64,000 nucleotides of DNA from the human T2T-CHM13v2.0 reference genome, Homo sapiens. The position numbers and the translations under genes are program-made. Location of the stretch: the NCBI RefSeq assembly GCF_009914755.1, contig NC_060928.1. One strand, written 5' to 3'. The notes beneath the pieces were generated by a model. That model was not told where the DNA came from. It worked only from the letters and a program-made list of their open reading frames with translations, and searched no databases. Every line of letters starts with the position of its first letter. Position 1 is the first letter of the stretch. Positions 27,247-40,607 of this stretch are shown piece by piece.

Positions 27247-27479
27247 AAGGGGAGTTTATTAAGTATTAAGTCACATGATCACAAGGTCTCACAATAGGCT
27301 GTCTGCAAGCTGAGGAGTAAGGAGGGCCAGTCCGAGTCCCAGAACTGAAGAGCTTAAGAGTCCAGTGTTTGAGGGCAGGAAGCATCCAGCATGGGTGAAA
27401 GATATAGGCTGAGCAGCTAGGCCAGTCTTGTCAGTTCACATTTTTCCTGCCTGCTTATATTCTAGCCACACTGGCAGCT

Positions 27480-28270
27480 AGAAGCACAATCCAATAAGGT
27501 CTCCCCAAAAAAGATTATGACACAAAGCCAGAGAGTTGATATAACCCTAAGGTAGGACCATAAAGTTATATTGTTGGCCTTGCCAGCTGAAGGCAAATTG
27601 CTTCTGGTAGGCCTTATGGACAGGAATAGAGAAAAAGGCATTTGCCAAGTCAACGTCTGTATACCAGGTCCCAGGAGATGTGTTAATTTGCTCAGGCAAT
27701 AAAACTACATCTGGTACACTAGCTGCAATTGGAGTAACGACTTGGTTAAGCTTATGATAATCCACTGTCATTCTCCAAGATCCATCTCTCTTCTGCACAG
27801 TCCAAATGGGAGAGCCGAACAGGGATGTGGTGGGAATCACCACCCCTCTGTCTTTCAAGTTCTTGATGGTGGCACTTATCTCCACAGTCCCTCCAGGGAT
27901 GTGATATTGTTTTTGATGCACTATTTTTCTAGGTAGACGCAGCTCTAATGGTTTCCATTTGGCCTTTCCCACCATACTAGCCTTCACCCTACCAGTCAGT
28001 GAGCCAATGTAGGGGTTCTGCCAGCTGCACAGTATGTCTATGCCAATTATGCATTCTGGCAGTGGGGAAATGACCACAGGATGAGTCCAGGGACCCACTG
28101 GGCCCACTGTAAGTCAGACCAGAGCTAAAACTTCATTAATTACCTGACCTCCATAAGCCCCTACTTTAACTGGAGGACCACAATAACGTTTTGGGTCCCC
28201 TGGAATCAATGTCAGCTCAGAGCTAAGGTCCAGTAGTCCCTGAAATATCTGATAATTTCCCTTTACCCAA
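27480..28270 (-). pseudogene. pol: HERV-L protease and N-terminal RT remnant
   Basis: GLLDLSSELTLIPGDP (mutated DTG) near 28240; ORF 27547-28107 GKAKWKPLEL..DGSWRMTVDYHKLN..DLANAFFSIP..FAFSWQGQQY; stop after VLP and truncation before YIDD. Confidence 0.92.
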
Positions 28271-28299
28271 TGCAAGTTACCCTGGTAAAAGACTGGAGG

Positions 28300-30115
28300 T
28301 CTCCCTGGGGAATGATGGGAGAAAGATTAACAGCATAAATGTTTGGTAATGTAGTGGGGTCCTTCCTCAAGGAGACCTCGCCTCCTCTTTATTCAAGGGG
28401 TTCTGGGTCTGTAAACTGGTTCCAGTCTGGAAGTTGATTGAGGGGCCATGATTCTCTATTTTTATAATTCAAATTAGCCTGTTGTCCATTAGACCTAGAA
28501 TTGTTCTGCTTGTATAAATTAAATAGGAGTGCAGTAGTTTTCCCATCAATTTCACTTCTAGGAATACTGATTAATTAGCCAATGTCAGAGCTCTACATGA
28601 GTCAGACTGTTCTGATTGCTGCTTTGCCTCTGCTGTCCATTATGGTAGCTACACCTACCTTGCCTTTGATGGTTGAGTGCCTCCTCGTGGCCCCTGCCAC
28701 CTTGGGATCCAATTATTCCCATTGTATTTCAATTTGGTATTGAGTGACTGTGGCTCCCACTGGTAGATCTGACATATAAAGAAGAGCAATTACAGGGCTC
28801 TTCAAAGATTCAGGTGCTGCCCTCATAAATCTATTTTGCAAGGCATTGGTCAAGGGTATGTCTTCCAAACCCTCCCAGCTGGGATGAGTAGGTCTAAAGT
28901 GACTAATCCACTCCACCATCCCAATCTCCCTAAGCCTTTGGATCCCTTCCTCTACATTAAACCAAGGGAGATCAGGCATATCCGGCTCACTCACATTGGG
29001 CCATCTTTTAATCCATGTTTCAGTTAACCAAACAAATAAACTATTAGCGCCTTTTTTTTTTTAACTCACTGAACTGCAACATTAAATGCAGAGTACCTAC
29101 TTAGCAAGCCCAAATCAATAAATTCAGCCTGAGCCAACTCTATATTCCTTCCACCATTATCCCACACCATTAATATCCATTCCCATGCCTATTCTCCAGA
29201 TTTCTATTTATATAAATTAGAAAACTTAAGCAATTATTTTTGAGTGTAGCACACCTCTTCATGGGTCACACTCTCAACCTCACCTCTAGGAGCCCACTGG
29301 GACTTTAGTCTAATTATAGGTCTAGAAACAAACAGGGGTGTTAGGGGTAGCTCCTGAGGATAATCAACATTATCTTGCCTGGCACCTGCCTCAGGGGAGG
29401 CCATCACTGTTGCCTCAGGCAGTACAGGGTTTATCTCCTCAGGCAAAGGTGGAAAGGCTGATGGCAGCATGAGTCGAGGAGGGGATGTTGCCACTATGGG
29501 TTGGGGAGGCTGTTTCCTCTGGCAAAAAAGGTTCATCAGAGTTTAAAAACTTAGTGTCCCTAGCTTCATCAGGGCCCTCCCACACATCTGCATTTCAAGT
29601 TGCAGGGTCCCATTATTTTCCAATCAATGCCCTCACTTTAACAGTAGACACCTGTCAAAGCTCTGCATGCACCTTCCGTTGCAGTCAGCCACCTGCATGA
29701 TAAGAGCTTGTGTCTGTTTTTCCACAATTTCAGCTCTTTTTCTACAGGAGATAAGACTCCCACTCAGGGCAATCTTAGCAGATACGAGGCTCAGTATCTG
29801 TCCTGAAGCCGGGAGATATAATCCCTAAGTGTATTATTTTCTTTCATCAATGTGTTCACTGAACTTAGGAGCCGCCAACCAGCTTCATTATGTTCCTTGG
29901 CTCTCCATATATGGTCAACGGTATTCTGTGTAGAGTCATTGAACTCCTTGCCTCACATGAGCAGTGAATCAGGAGTGTCAAATCCATTTATTTTGCATAA
30001 CTCTCTAAACAGTTCTGGCCAAGGACTATCAGTATTCTTTATACTATTAGAAGTAGAGTCCTGAGAAATTTTGAGTCTAATCATATTAAGCATCTAACTC
30101 TGAGAACCCCAAAAC
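28300..30115 (-). pseudogene. gag: HERV-L gag remnant
   Basis: ORF pieces PPLPEEINPVLPEATVMASPE (29234-29536) and MPDLPWFNVEEGIQRLREIGMVEWI (28713-28994); frameshifted. Confidence 0.85.
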
Positions 30116-31554
30116 CAATGAAAGAACTCCATCCTTACTCTCAGGGTCACAAGGTCCCACAGTAGGCTATGTGCAAGCTGAAGAGTAATGACAGCCAGTC
30201 GGAGTTCCAAAACTGAAGAACTTGGAGTCCGATATTCAAGGGCAGGAAGCATCCAGCATGGGAGAAAGATGTAGGCTGACAGGCTAGGCCAGTCATGTCA
30301 GTTCACATTTTTTCCTGCCTGCTTATATTCTAGGCATGCTGGCAGCTGATTAGATTGTGCCAACCCAGGTTAAGAGTGGATCTGCCTGTCCAAGCTCACT
30401 GACTCAAATGTTAATCTCCTTTGGCAACACCTTCAATCAACACTTTGTATCCTTCAGTACAATCAAGTTGACACTCACTATTAACCATGTAATAAACCTG
30501 CACATGCACCCTGGAATGTAAAAAAATAAAATAATTTAAAAATGGGCAAAGAGCTTGAATTGACATCTCTCCAAAGATAACAAAGGTTCAATGAGCACAA
30601 AAAAAGACACTCAAAATCATAAGTCATTAGGGAAATTCAAATCAAAACACAATGAGATATATTACTAGGATGGTAAATTTTTAAAAAGCAGACAATGAAA
30701 AGTATTCATGAGAATGTGGAGAAAATGAAATGTAAAATGATGCAATCACTTTGGCAGTTCTCCAAATCTTAGATATAAGAATTATCACATGAGCTAGTAA
30801 TTCCACTCCTAGGTACATACCCAAAATAATAGAAGATATGTATCAAGCAAAAACTTGTACGTTAATTTTTACAATGGCATTATTCATAATAACCAAAAAG
30901 TAGAAACAATCCACAAGTCTATCACCTAATAAATGGCAATGGATGTGTTGTATATCCATACAGTGGAATGTTATTTAGCCATAAAAGAGAATGTGGTAAT
31001 AATTTATGCTACAACATGGATGAACCCTGCAAACATTACACTAAGGAAAAGAAGCAAGATACAAAAGGACACATATCATGTGATTCCATTTAATGAGATG
31101 ACTAGAACATACAAATTCAATGAAGTAGAAATATACTAGTGGTGGCCAGGGTCTTCGAAAAGTGAAGGATAGGCAATGAATGCTATGGATATGGTTTTCT
31201 TTTTGTTGTTATGAAAATGTTCCGGAATAATATAGTAGGGGTGGTTGCATAGCTATGAATATAATAAAAACACTGAAGAGTACACTTTTAAATGATGAAT
31301 GCTATGATATGTAAATTATATCTCAATTAATACTAACACATGGCACTACAACATTAAATAGCTGAGATTCAACCACAAGCTTCCTGTAATCATGTATCCA
31401 AAATATACAAAGATATAATCTGATGCTCTGCATCAAGGGCATTGTATTGATGTTACAGTAAATGTAGAATTAGCTGGCATTATATTTTTACAGTAATAAT
31501 GTTGGCCACTTACTATATGCTAGGCAATTTGTTAAGTGTTTTATGTGCTTTACC

Positions 31555-31800
31555 TACAGAAACGAGATTAGTGGTTGCAGGCAGGGCTGATGACAGTGTT
31601 GGGGAGATGGGAATGGGAAGTCACCACTAACAGATATGTTTTTTTGGTGGGAAAAGGGATTAAAATATTCCTGAATTAGAAAACATTAGTTTTAATGTTC
31701 ACAACCTTGTGAATATATTACAAATCACTAGATTGTATACTTTCAATGGTAAAATTGTATAATATATGGATATTTCTACAAAACTCACTTTTAAAAAAAG
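31555..31800 (+). mobile_element. L1MB 3'UTR fragment
   Basis: GATTAGTGGTTGCAGG..CACAACCTTGTGAATATATTA..TTGTATACTTT, A-rich end. Confidence 0.7.
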
Positions 31801-34800
31801 AGAAAAAATGGAATCTTTTGGTGAAAGAAATAGTCATTTTGACGTCATTAATAGTAATTATAATAACATTAAGAATAGTTCATGTTTAGCAAGGTTTCAG
31901 TATGTCCCAGACATTATGCTAAGGGCTTTATCATACTTGCCATTGTGTGACCTCATGGAACTAGGTATCATGATTAACATTTTTGGTATCTTTAGTGTAC
32001 AGATGACATGAACTTAATGTTTGAATCATTCATATCTTTCTGATAACAAACAACTAGACAGTGCTAGTGCCATAATCCATATTCCAGTGAAAACTGCAGA
32101 ACTAGAGCTTTCATTCTTCTACTACATGCATCTATAGTTTTGAGATTACCTTGCTATGTTACTGCTATTCCATCCCAATGCACTTGTTACCCAGTAAGAT
32201 TAGATGCTGGGTAGCATCTTTCTGCATTACCAACTTCCATCTCTTCCCGTCAACAAACACAGCTCCAGTGTTTTCCTGGGAACTCTCTCATTGGCTCAGT
32301 TTTCTGTGGTCTGTCATCAATTGCCGATGATTTTGATATGCACCTTCCTTATGATTTGATGGAAGTACCTTGACCAGAAAAATCAAGCAGCTAATGGAGT
32401 GAATGCCAAGCAGAGAAAGCCTGTGGTGGAGCTTACATCAGAGGTAGAGCTCTTATTTGGCTCCTCATTTGGAACTAGACTGTTAACATCTAAAATGTGG
32501 TGGATAGACATGTGTCCTGGAGAAGGAGACACCCCTCTTGCTTCATATTTCCATGTAAATGTACATCAATTAATGCAACATTTTTGTCTGGTTTTGCCTA
32601 TTCACTCATTCTTTTCCAGAAGATTAGATCCCATGTGACCTAGTTATCTAGATCACATGGGAGCATGAATTGGGATTGCACAGTTTTTCTATTTTTCCTC
32701 TCGTCTCTCTGGCATCTACTAGCTAGGAAAGTATGTACACTCTTCTACTGTAAACCATGGGGCAAACTTATTGGTAAAAGCTATTTCCCTTTTGGAGTGT
32801 GAGGAACTGGTGTTGATGAGATTGGGAACGAGAAACAGTGCTGAGATTATCTAGCTTTGTCTGTGACTCGGTGTGAAAATCTTTCTAAATGTGAATGTTG
32901 CACAGGCTGGTTAACATACCTACGTCCTCTTCTCCATCATCATCTCTGTCAGCAACTAGCTGCCATATTGATCACTGTCTGCCTGACTCCCTCTTTTCAA
33001 CGACTAGTTTTTAACTCAGTCAAAGAAAAATGTTTGTTCTTTATTGGTACTCCAAACAGGATCTAAAGGAAAGGGAGTACAGGGCAGACGTCATATCAGT
33101 AGATTCAAGTCTAGGCATAAAATTAAAGAGGGTACATATTTTCCAGGATGATATGTAAACCTGTCCTGCTCACCGGAGATGGATTCAGGACTAATATTTT
33201 AACTAAACTGTACAGGGCCACTAAGTTCTATTGGAGCTGAAGTTGAGTTTTGATTATTAACTGCAATATTCTAGATGCCTAGCACATTACCTGGCCCATA
33301 GTAGATGTCTAAATATGTTATAAAATTAATAAATGAAGGCTTCTTAGGTGTTTTATGTGTGATATATGTGTGTATACACATGTGTGTGATATATGTATGT
33401 ATATATATACCATTTTATATTTTATTTTTATAAATACAAACATTATGCAAATTGCATGTTATGTATTACATGCAAGAAATTACATGTAAGTTACATAATT
33501 TATATTTTATATTTAATTTATAGATTATTATATCTTTATATATGTTAATAACTATATGTGTGTATAGTCCTAAAGGACCAAGCAGGGGTGGATGCTACAC
33601 AAATGGATAGCTATATGTATGTCAAAATTTGATGATTTTTGGTTCCGTTCATGCGTTTTTAAAAATTACATTCCACGGAAACGTGTATGTGTTTTTATGT
33701 TAAGCATAATTTCATTATTTCATTACACAAGCAAGATTTGTAATATGGTCCTAGTTTTATATATGAAGCTAGAGTTTTGTGGTTTTAATTTTAAAGGAAC
33801 ACCTTAATTCCACTCCTCAGGAAAGAAGTACATTGAGAAAATTAATTTTCAGAACTTAAATTCAAACAAAACCAAGAATTTTGGTGAAGAATTTAGCCCA
33901 GTAATGAGATCAATCAAGAAGCTGTTTGATTTGTGAAATGGTTGTGAAACGGGAAAGTGAAGAATTTCAAAACTTGAAACATTAATCCATAATTCAACTG
34001 AGAAAATTTTTTTTCATTAGAAGTTACATGACTGTTTCCAGAAGGGAAATTTAGAAGAAAAATTTTAGAAGGGAAAGGCTACATCTGTGAAGCCAGTTGA
34101 AATGCAGAGGTGAAACTTTTTTATTTCTCATAGACCTAAAATATCTAACACTGTATGTTCCCTTAGGCTAATCATAAAAGCTAGGGCATTTACTTAAGCT
34201 CACTTTATTGATTCTCAGTCTAGCATATTTCAAAGGGTGACTGTATCAATAGAATTTTGTTGAATATACTTCAAGATAATTTACCTACATTGAACTGATT
34301 TTATTCCTAATGTGTGAAAATGAAACTGGTCTGACTCATTCTCAGGCTATTCTCTGCTTAGAGCAAGTAAACACACTCAAATCTAAATCTGACCATACAA
34401 TTTTCTAGCCTAGAGTCTTTCAACGACTCCTTATGACCTATAAAATGAAACACATACCTTGTAATAAGTCAAAAAAAAAATAACCTCCACTGTTTTTTCT
34501 TGCCTGCTCTCCATTATGATCCATTGCACTGCTTCCCCGCCATCTCAAATGTATCACACTTAGCATGTGCCTTGGTGTCTTGGCAAAGGCTATCTTCTCT
34601 TCCAGGAATAGCCTACTATTTTTTTCCATGACATACTTGTTGATTCCTGGCACTCTTCTACACATTCATAAAGACCCAGAAAAACATCTTTTCTTGCAAG
34701 ACTTCTCTGACTGACCACCAAAATTGTTCATCTCTTCCCTTTTTCTGCCAAGACTAAAGCTATTCTGAGACTTTATTAAAGGTTCTTTCCCTTCACTTAC

Positions 34801-36299
34801 TAGCACTATGGCCTTAGGTTAATTACTTGACTTCCATAAGGTTCAGTTCCATTAACTATGAACTAGTAAGGTTAATAGTAATACTTATCCCTAGAGTGTG
34901 TTGGGACCATTTATTGATATGATGAAGGTAAATTTCTTAGCACTCACTGTTCCTGGGACATGGAGAACTCAACAAACGTTTAAGTTATTATATTATTGTT
35001 CTACTCCTATTTTCTCTTCCTCTATTCCTAGAAGAGCTTAAGGTCCTAAGTCAAGAGAAACATTTAAGCCGGTGACTGCAAGTTTGCAGTGAGTTTACCA
35101 CACTCAGACAACTGAGAGAATAAGCTTTTATACAGACTCAGCCCCGGGCTATTTTCAGACACCTTTGCTGTTAAATGGTACAGAAAACACTGCGTGTTTG
35201 GCAGTTGTGTATGTTAACATTAGCATGGATTTTAACTCAATGTCAAGAGGAAAACAAGCTCTATCTATACGATACTCAGAAGCTCTTGGAAACCTAGACT
35301 CACTTTTACCATTTTACACCAAACTCAAATTTTTGTCCTCCAGGCCTTATTCTTTCCTATGTCAAAAACTTTTTTTACTTACCTTCTTTCAATGTGGGGC
35401 TCTTGAATTTGCTTGCTGCTCCTCCTCCACTTACTATTGATTTCTTTTCCATGTGGCTCTTTGCTTCCTAAAGAAATGTCTGAGTAATCAGGTGCTGATC
35501 TTATGCTAACACTTCTGGGCAGAGTGCATATGCAGTTCAGTCATTACTTAAACTTCACTCTACTTAGTGAAACACCCACCATATTCTTGGCTCATCTCTC
35601 TTGTAGTCACAACAAGAACAATGTTTCACAACTATAAAGCTTTTGTTTTTGGTCCAACTCTGCATGTCATTCCACATGGTTTTATATCAATAAACTTTCA
35701 CAACATTACTGGTGCATAACAAATAACTACAAGAAATTAGTAGCATAACAAAATTAAGCATTTATTCCTCAAGCATCCGGATGGTCATCCAGATGATGCC
35801 TCCACTGGGGTTCAGATTATCCACATGTCTGACAGTAAACTGTTTTCAAAGTCATATGGCAAAGAACACAATTACAGCAAAAGGTGAAGAATTTGGCCCA
35901 CTAATGAGATCAATCTGTCATGAAACTTGTTTACATATAAAATCTTCCCTTAATTTAACCCTTTACTGTTTTCATTTTAATAACATGTTGATATCTTTTC
36001 CCCCTGTAAATATGCACTATGATAAACACTACAATATTACTTACTATCTGTTGAATGGGAAGTGATAATCAGAATGAAACATACACACATACTAACACAT
36101 ATATGTCTATTCATACACATGGACAGAAAAGTCATTAAGGAACTAATTCAATTAAAGAGAAAGCATGTAAGGCAAGCTAAGCCCTGAAGAAGATATGGTT
36201 ATACATTATGGAGAGAGATTTAGGGAAAGACAGAGATCCATAACTGGAAAAGAGTCAAAGAGCTCAAACATATTGCAGCTCAAGAAAAGAATGCAATGC

Positions 36300-37490
36300 T
36301 CAAAACCTGATGAGGATAATTCAGAAGTGCACAAACGGTAACTTGAGAGGGTTTCCAATAGTCAGTGAGGTACAAGTTGAGCCAAATGATGATGATGTTG
36401 ATGATGATAATGATGGGATATAGCCCTAGAAAATATTACAATCCTTGAGTCTATTCTATGATACATGAAAAATTGAATAAACAAATATATGGAAGATAGG
36501 GAAAGCTCTTCTTCATTGGAGAATTCCAAACAATAAATATAAAAGAATTGAGGAAAATAGGAAAACACTACTTGGAAAATTCTAAAGTAATATATTTTTA
36601 GGCAAAAATCATTAATGAATACTAAATTTAATGGGTGAATACATGATGATATATGGGAAATTTACATGTCTAAAAGTAATTCCCATAAAATATTTACTAA
36701 TTACAAACGGGAAAACAATAACATTATAGTAGAAAAACCTGAAAACAACGCTGTAATTAAGTGATCAAAATTAATATCATCACAACCTAACATCATCTGT
36801 TCATTAAGATTGACACATAATTTATGATGTGTTGCTATCAAAAATAAATAATCTGAATTTTAAAATAAAGAGATATTCTATAAATTGAGAGAAATTCTAC
36901 CAAATATCTTGCCAGTAGACCGCAAAAGTGTTGAAGTAATGAAAGACAAAGAAAAACTGAGAACTGTTGGAATTTAAGGGTTTTAAGGGTGTAGTTCAAC
37001 TAAATGCAGGATCCTGTGTTGGATTCGGACCAGAAATAGAATATTAGTGGGATTATTGGCAAGATTTGCATAAAATTTATAGATTATAGTAATGCATCAG
37101 TGTTAATTTTTCATTATTTAAAAAAATCACTACACTATGCATATGTAAGAACATTTGAAAAATTTGAATGAGGGTCATATGCCAGGATTTCTCAATGGCA
37201 GCACTGTAAAGATTTTGGCTGTAGCTGTCTTGGTTGTGAAGGGATACTACGTGTGTTGCAGGATGTTTAGCAGCATCCCAGGCCTCTACCCAATTAGATA
37301 TCAGTAGCAACAACATTTCTATGTTAACTTGTGATGACCAAAAATGAATGCATACATTACCTTAAGGTGTAGAAGGCATAAAATCATCCTCAGTTGAGAA
37401 TCACTGGAATAAGAAATTCTGTGTATTATTTTTGTAACTCTTTTATGAGACTGAAATTGTCTTAAAGTGAAAATTTCCAAAATTTGTAAA
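36300..37490 (+). mobile_element. Old L1MC/MD 3'UTR fragment
   Basis: TTTACTAATTACAAACGGGAAAA, AAGTGATCAAAATTAATATC, AAGACAAAGAAAAACTGAGAACTG, CAACTAAATGCA..ATCCTG. Confidence 0.7.
37183..37406. mobile_element. MER20 (hAT-Charlie) DNA transposon
   Basis: TIRs CAGGATTTCTCAA / TTGAGAATCACTG; core GGATGTTTAGCAGCATCCCAGGCCTCTACCCA. Confidence 0.88.
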
Positions 37491-37607
37491 AATGCCTAGC
37501 ACAGTACCAGTAGGTTACTGAGCACTAACTATGTAATAGCTCTTTTAAAATCCAATGAATAAACCTCTCTGAAAATTTATACGTATTTGGAAAGCCCACA
37601 TTTCTAT

Positions 37608-38085
<478 letters not shown>

Positions 38086-38879
38086 TAGTCTTTTGGGCTT
38101 TTTCAGAATACAAACTTTTTCTATTTGGGTTAATTTCACACTTAGAATCTCACCAAAACCTCATTATTCATTTTTTTTTTCAGGGATCAGCTCTGCTGAA
38201 CGCTAGATATGATGATAACAGGAAAATCTGTAATATAGTTTCACAGAATTTTAAAATTCAATGTGATCTAAAAGAAAATGGAAACTGAATACAGATAAAC
38301 ACAAGGCCTATTCTTCTTAGATGTGACATTTCCTTGACAGTTCAGATTCCAACTTTGAGTCTTCCCTTACTATTCATGTTGTTCAGAACTGCCAGTTAGT
38401 AGTCAATGACAATGAAGAAAGGTGGCACTGTCTTAATAGCAGGCCCATGCTTAGTGATACACTGCCGGCTCAGAGAGAAAGAGAAATAGGAGAAAGACAA
38501 AGAGAAGAGAGGGAAATCAGAAGACAGGACAGCAAATGAAAATGAGAACAGAGCAGGGAATTGATCTGCAGCACAAGAGAAAGATAGAGAAACAGAACAG
38601 CAGTGATAGAGATAAAGTTCAAGAACATGACAGGTTAAGAGACTAAGAACAAAATAGAGAAAGGGAACACAAGAGTGACAAAAAAATAGAGAAAGAGATA
38701 CTCAGTGAAAAACAGACAGAAAAGTAAGAGGTAAAATCTACAATGAAAGACAACTCTAGAAATTTAAATTTTAATTTGCCTTGAAATTCTGAGCTTTAAT
38801 TGGCGACTTAAGGTGCATCCAAGAGAGTGTGTCCAGAATAATAAGAAATTAGGAAACAACAAATTATGAAAAAAAAAAA

Positions 38880-39150
38880 TAAAGGAGCTAGAAATATCTT
38901 ATGTAAAATTGAGAAAACCTAAAGGGGATATATAGTATTTTTCAAATATTCACAGGTTTCTATGTTAAGGGCATGGAAAATGAAGTCAGTCTTTCCTTGC
39001 TGTTATAGTTCTAGGTAATAATGGGTGGCTGACGGACAATTATGAGGATACACATAAAGATTTTCTAGTATTTGGATTGTTCAATGATAGACTAAGCCAC
39101 GGCATGACTTCCTGAGCTTTCCATTACTTGGCAAGATTCATGCTGCCAAA
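38880..39150 (+). mobile_element. Possible L3/CR1 LINE 3' fragment
   Basis: AAGGGGATATATAGTATTTTTCAAATATT...ATAAAGATTTTCTA...TGAGCTTTCCATTACTTGG resemble CR1 3' ends; highly degraded. Confidence 0.4.
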
Positions 39151-39194
39151 TTCTAGAAAAAGGCCTTTTAAAAATTTTGTAATAGCAATAGGGC

Positions 39195-39333
39195 TAGGAT
39201 CTCATATAATTTATTATCCAAGCCATTACAACTTTCAAAGTAAAAAAAAAAGTGTCATTTATTTATAATTACTTCTACATAACACACTTAAGTTCATATT
39301 CTCCTGGACAAACTGGAATAGGTAGACATCCTG
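39195..39333. mobile_element. MER94-like hAT-Blackjack MITE
   Basis: CATATAATTTATTATCCAAGCC...TCCTGGACAAACTGGAATAGGTAGACATCCT. Confidence 0.55.
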
Positions 39334-40222
39334 AAGAGGACTAGCTGACTTCTGAGAATACTCCCATTACTCTGATCTTATGGCCCCCCTGATTTTCCCT
39401 TCCTTGATGGGTCATTTTACTGGAACCTTTCTCAGCCTTTTGATACTACAGCAGTAATCAATTCTCCCTATCTATTACTATGAATAAAAATTAGTACAAC
39501 AATTAGAGGATAGTGCAAATGAACTGTTTTCTGAATTTTTTTCTTCATTCATTCATTCATTCATTCAAGGAATGATGGTTGAATATGTCTTATGTTCCAG
39601 CCCTTATGGTCAATACTAGGGACTGAATGGTGAAAATGAGAGACGACATTCTTATTATATTGATGTCTACATTCAAGGAAATGACAATCATGACTAATAC
39701 TTATGATCTTGACTGAAGTAATGATGCCCTCTGTAAAGACCATTAGTTTTATTCTGTCTTAGCTAAGCACTCAATTGAAACTAATTTATTGATCTTTCAG
39801 TATATTTTATCTCTTGCATTAGGCTCTCCAACATCTTTGTTCAAACAAAATCCACATACACAATATTACTCAATGGAAAATAAGTATTATTAACTCAATT
39901 TTAGAGATGAGTAAACTTAATTTTCTAGAGACTGAATAACCACTTAGGAACTCAAAAGTGGTTTGAAACAGAAGGGATTTCATAAATCAGTTTTTCTCTT
40001 TCTCTTCCAGTGTGACCACTGTTAAACTACAATTGTGTCTTATAAAAACAAGTGTGCCTATTTAAGAATCTTTACTCCTCAAATTATAAAAATGCTATAC
40101 AATTTGGATTTTAGCAAATTCTCTTTCATTTTGAAAAAATACAATAATTGTCTTTATCTCTAGAACAATATACTAAGCTATTTATATAAACACATTTCTG
40201 GAGCAATACAGAGGAAGATCAC

Positions 40223-40607
40223 TGGATTAGTCCATTCTCACACTGCTATAAAGAACTATCTGAGGCTGGGTAATTTATAAAGAAAAGAGTTTTAATTGAC
40301 TCACAGTTCCAAAGGCTAAAGAGCTGGGGAGGCCTCAGGAAACTTACAATCATGACAGAAGGGTGAAGGGGAAGAAAGCATGTTTTCACAAGGGAGCAAG
40401 AGAGATAGAAAGTGAAGGGAGAAGTCCTACACACTTTCAAACAACCAGATCTTGTGAAAAATCTTATCACGAGAACAGACTTCCCCCATGATTCATGACT
40501 GATTCACAGGGGAAGTCTGCCCCCATGATTCAGTCGCTTTCCACCAGGTCCCTCCTTTAAAATTTGACATGAGATTTACGTGGGGACACAAGATCCAAAC
40601 CATATCG
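40223..40607 (-). mobile_element. MSTA-type MaLR solo LTR
   Basis: ATTAGTCCATTCTCACACTGCTATAAAGAACTA..GGGGACACAAGATCCAAACCATATCG; TSD ATCAC/ACCAC. Confidence 0.9.

Larger units (their letters stand above)
26474..30488 (-). mobile_element. HERV-L provirus with MLT2A1-type LTRs, internally deleted
   Basis: Cognate LTR segments 26474-27479 and 30141-30488 share TGTCAGTTCACATTTTT(T)CCTGCCTGCTTATATTCTAG; gag, protease and partial RT lie between them. Confidence 0.95.
25646..30538 (+). mobile_element. 5'-truncated primate L1 (older L1PA/L1PB), split by HERV-L
   Basis: ORF2 C-terminus [24 protein letters not shown] and LGIYPQEYKSSYYKDTC; 3'UTR resumes at 30489; TSD AAAATGGGCAAA at 25634-25645 and 30539-30550. 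Confidence 0.92.
21790..31330 (+). mobile_element. Long old L1M (L1MB/MC-type) with RT-domain deletion, hosting a nested L1P and HERV-L
   Basis: ORF1 remnant TTDFSSEPMKARKQW..ECQPRIRYS (23281-23481), endonuclease region ~24000-25085, jump to ORF2 C-terminal part, resumes at 30551 through the 3'UTR ending AAATTATATCTCAATTAA. 5' boundary approximate. Confidence 0.85.

Noticed and set aside
27547-28107. Longest ORF (186 aa) as a domesticated RT gene
   Set aside because: Ordinary HERV-L pol fragment: non-ATG start, stop at the LPQG motif, no YIDD, mutated protease upstream.
32200-33200. Apparently unique sequence with short ORFs as possible host exons
   Set aside because: No recognisable protein similarity or convincing splice-site pair; may be unrecognised old repeat or regulatory DNA.
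38460-38760. Purine-rich tracts (also 41470-41605 and 55020-55120)
   Set aside because: Low-complexity sequence with no periodic unit or coding signal.
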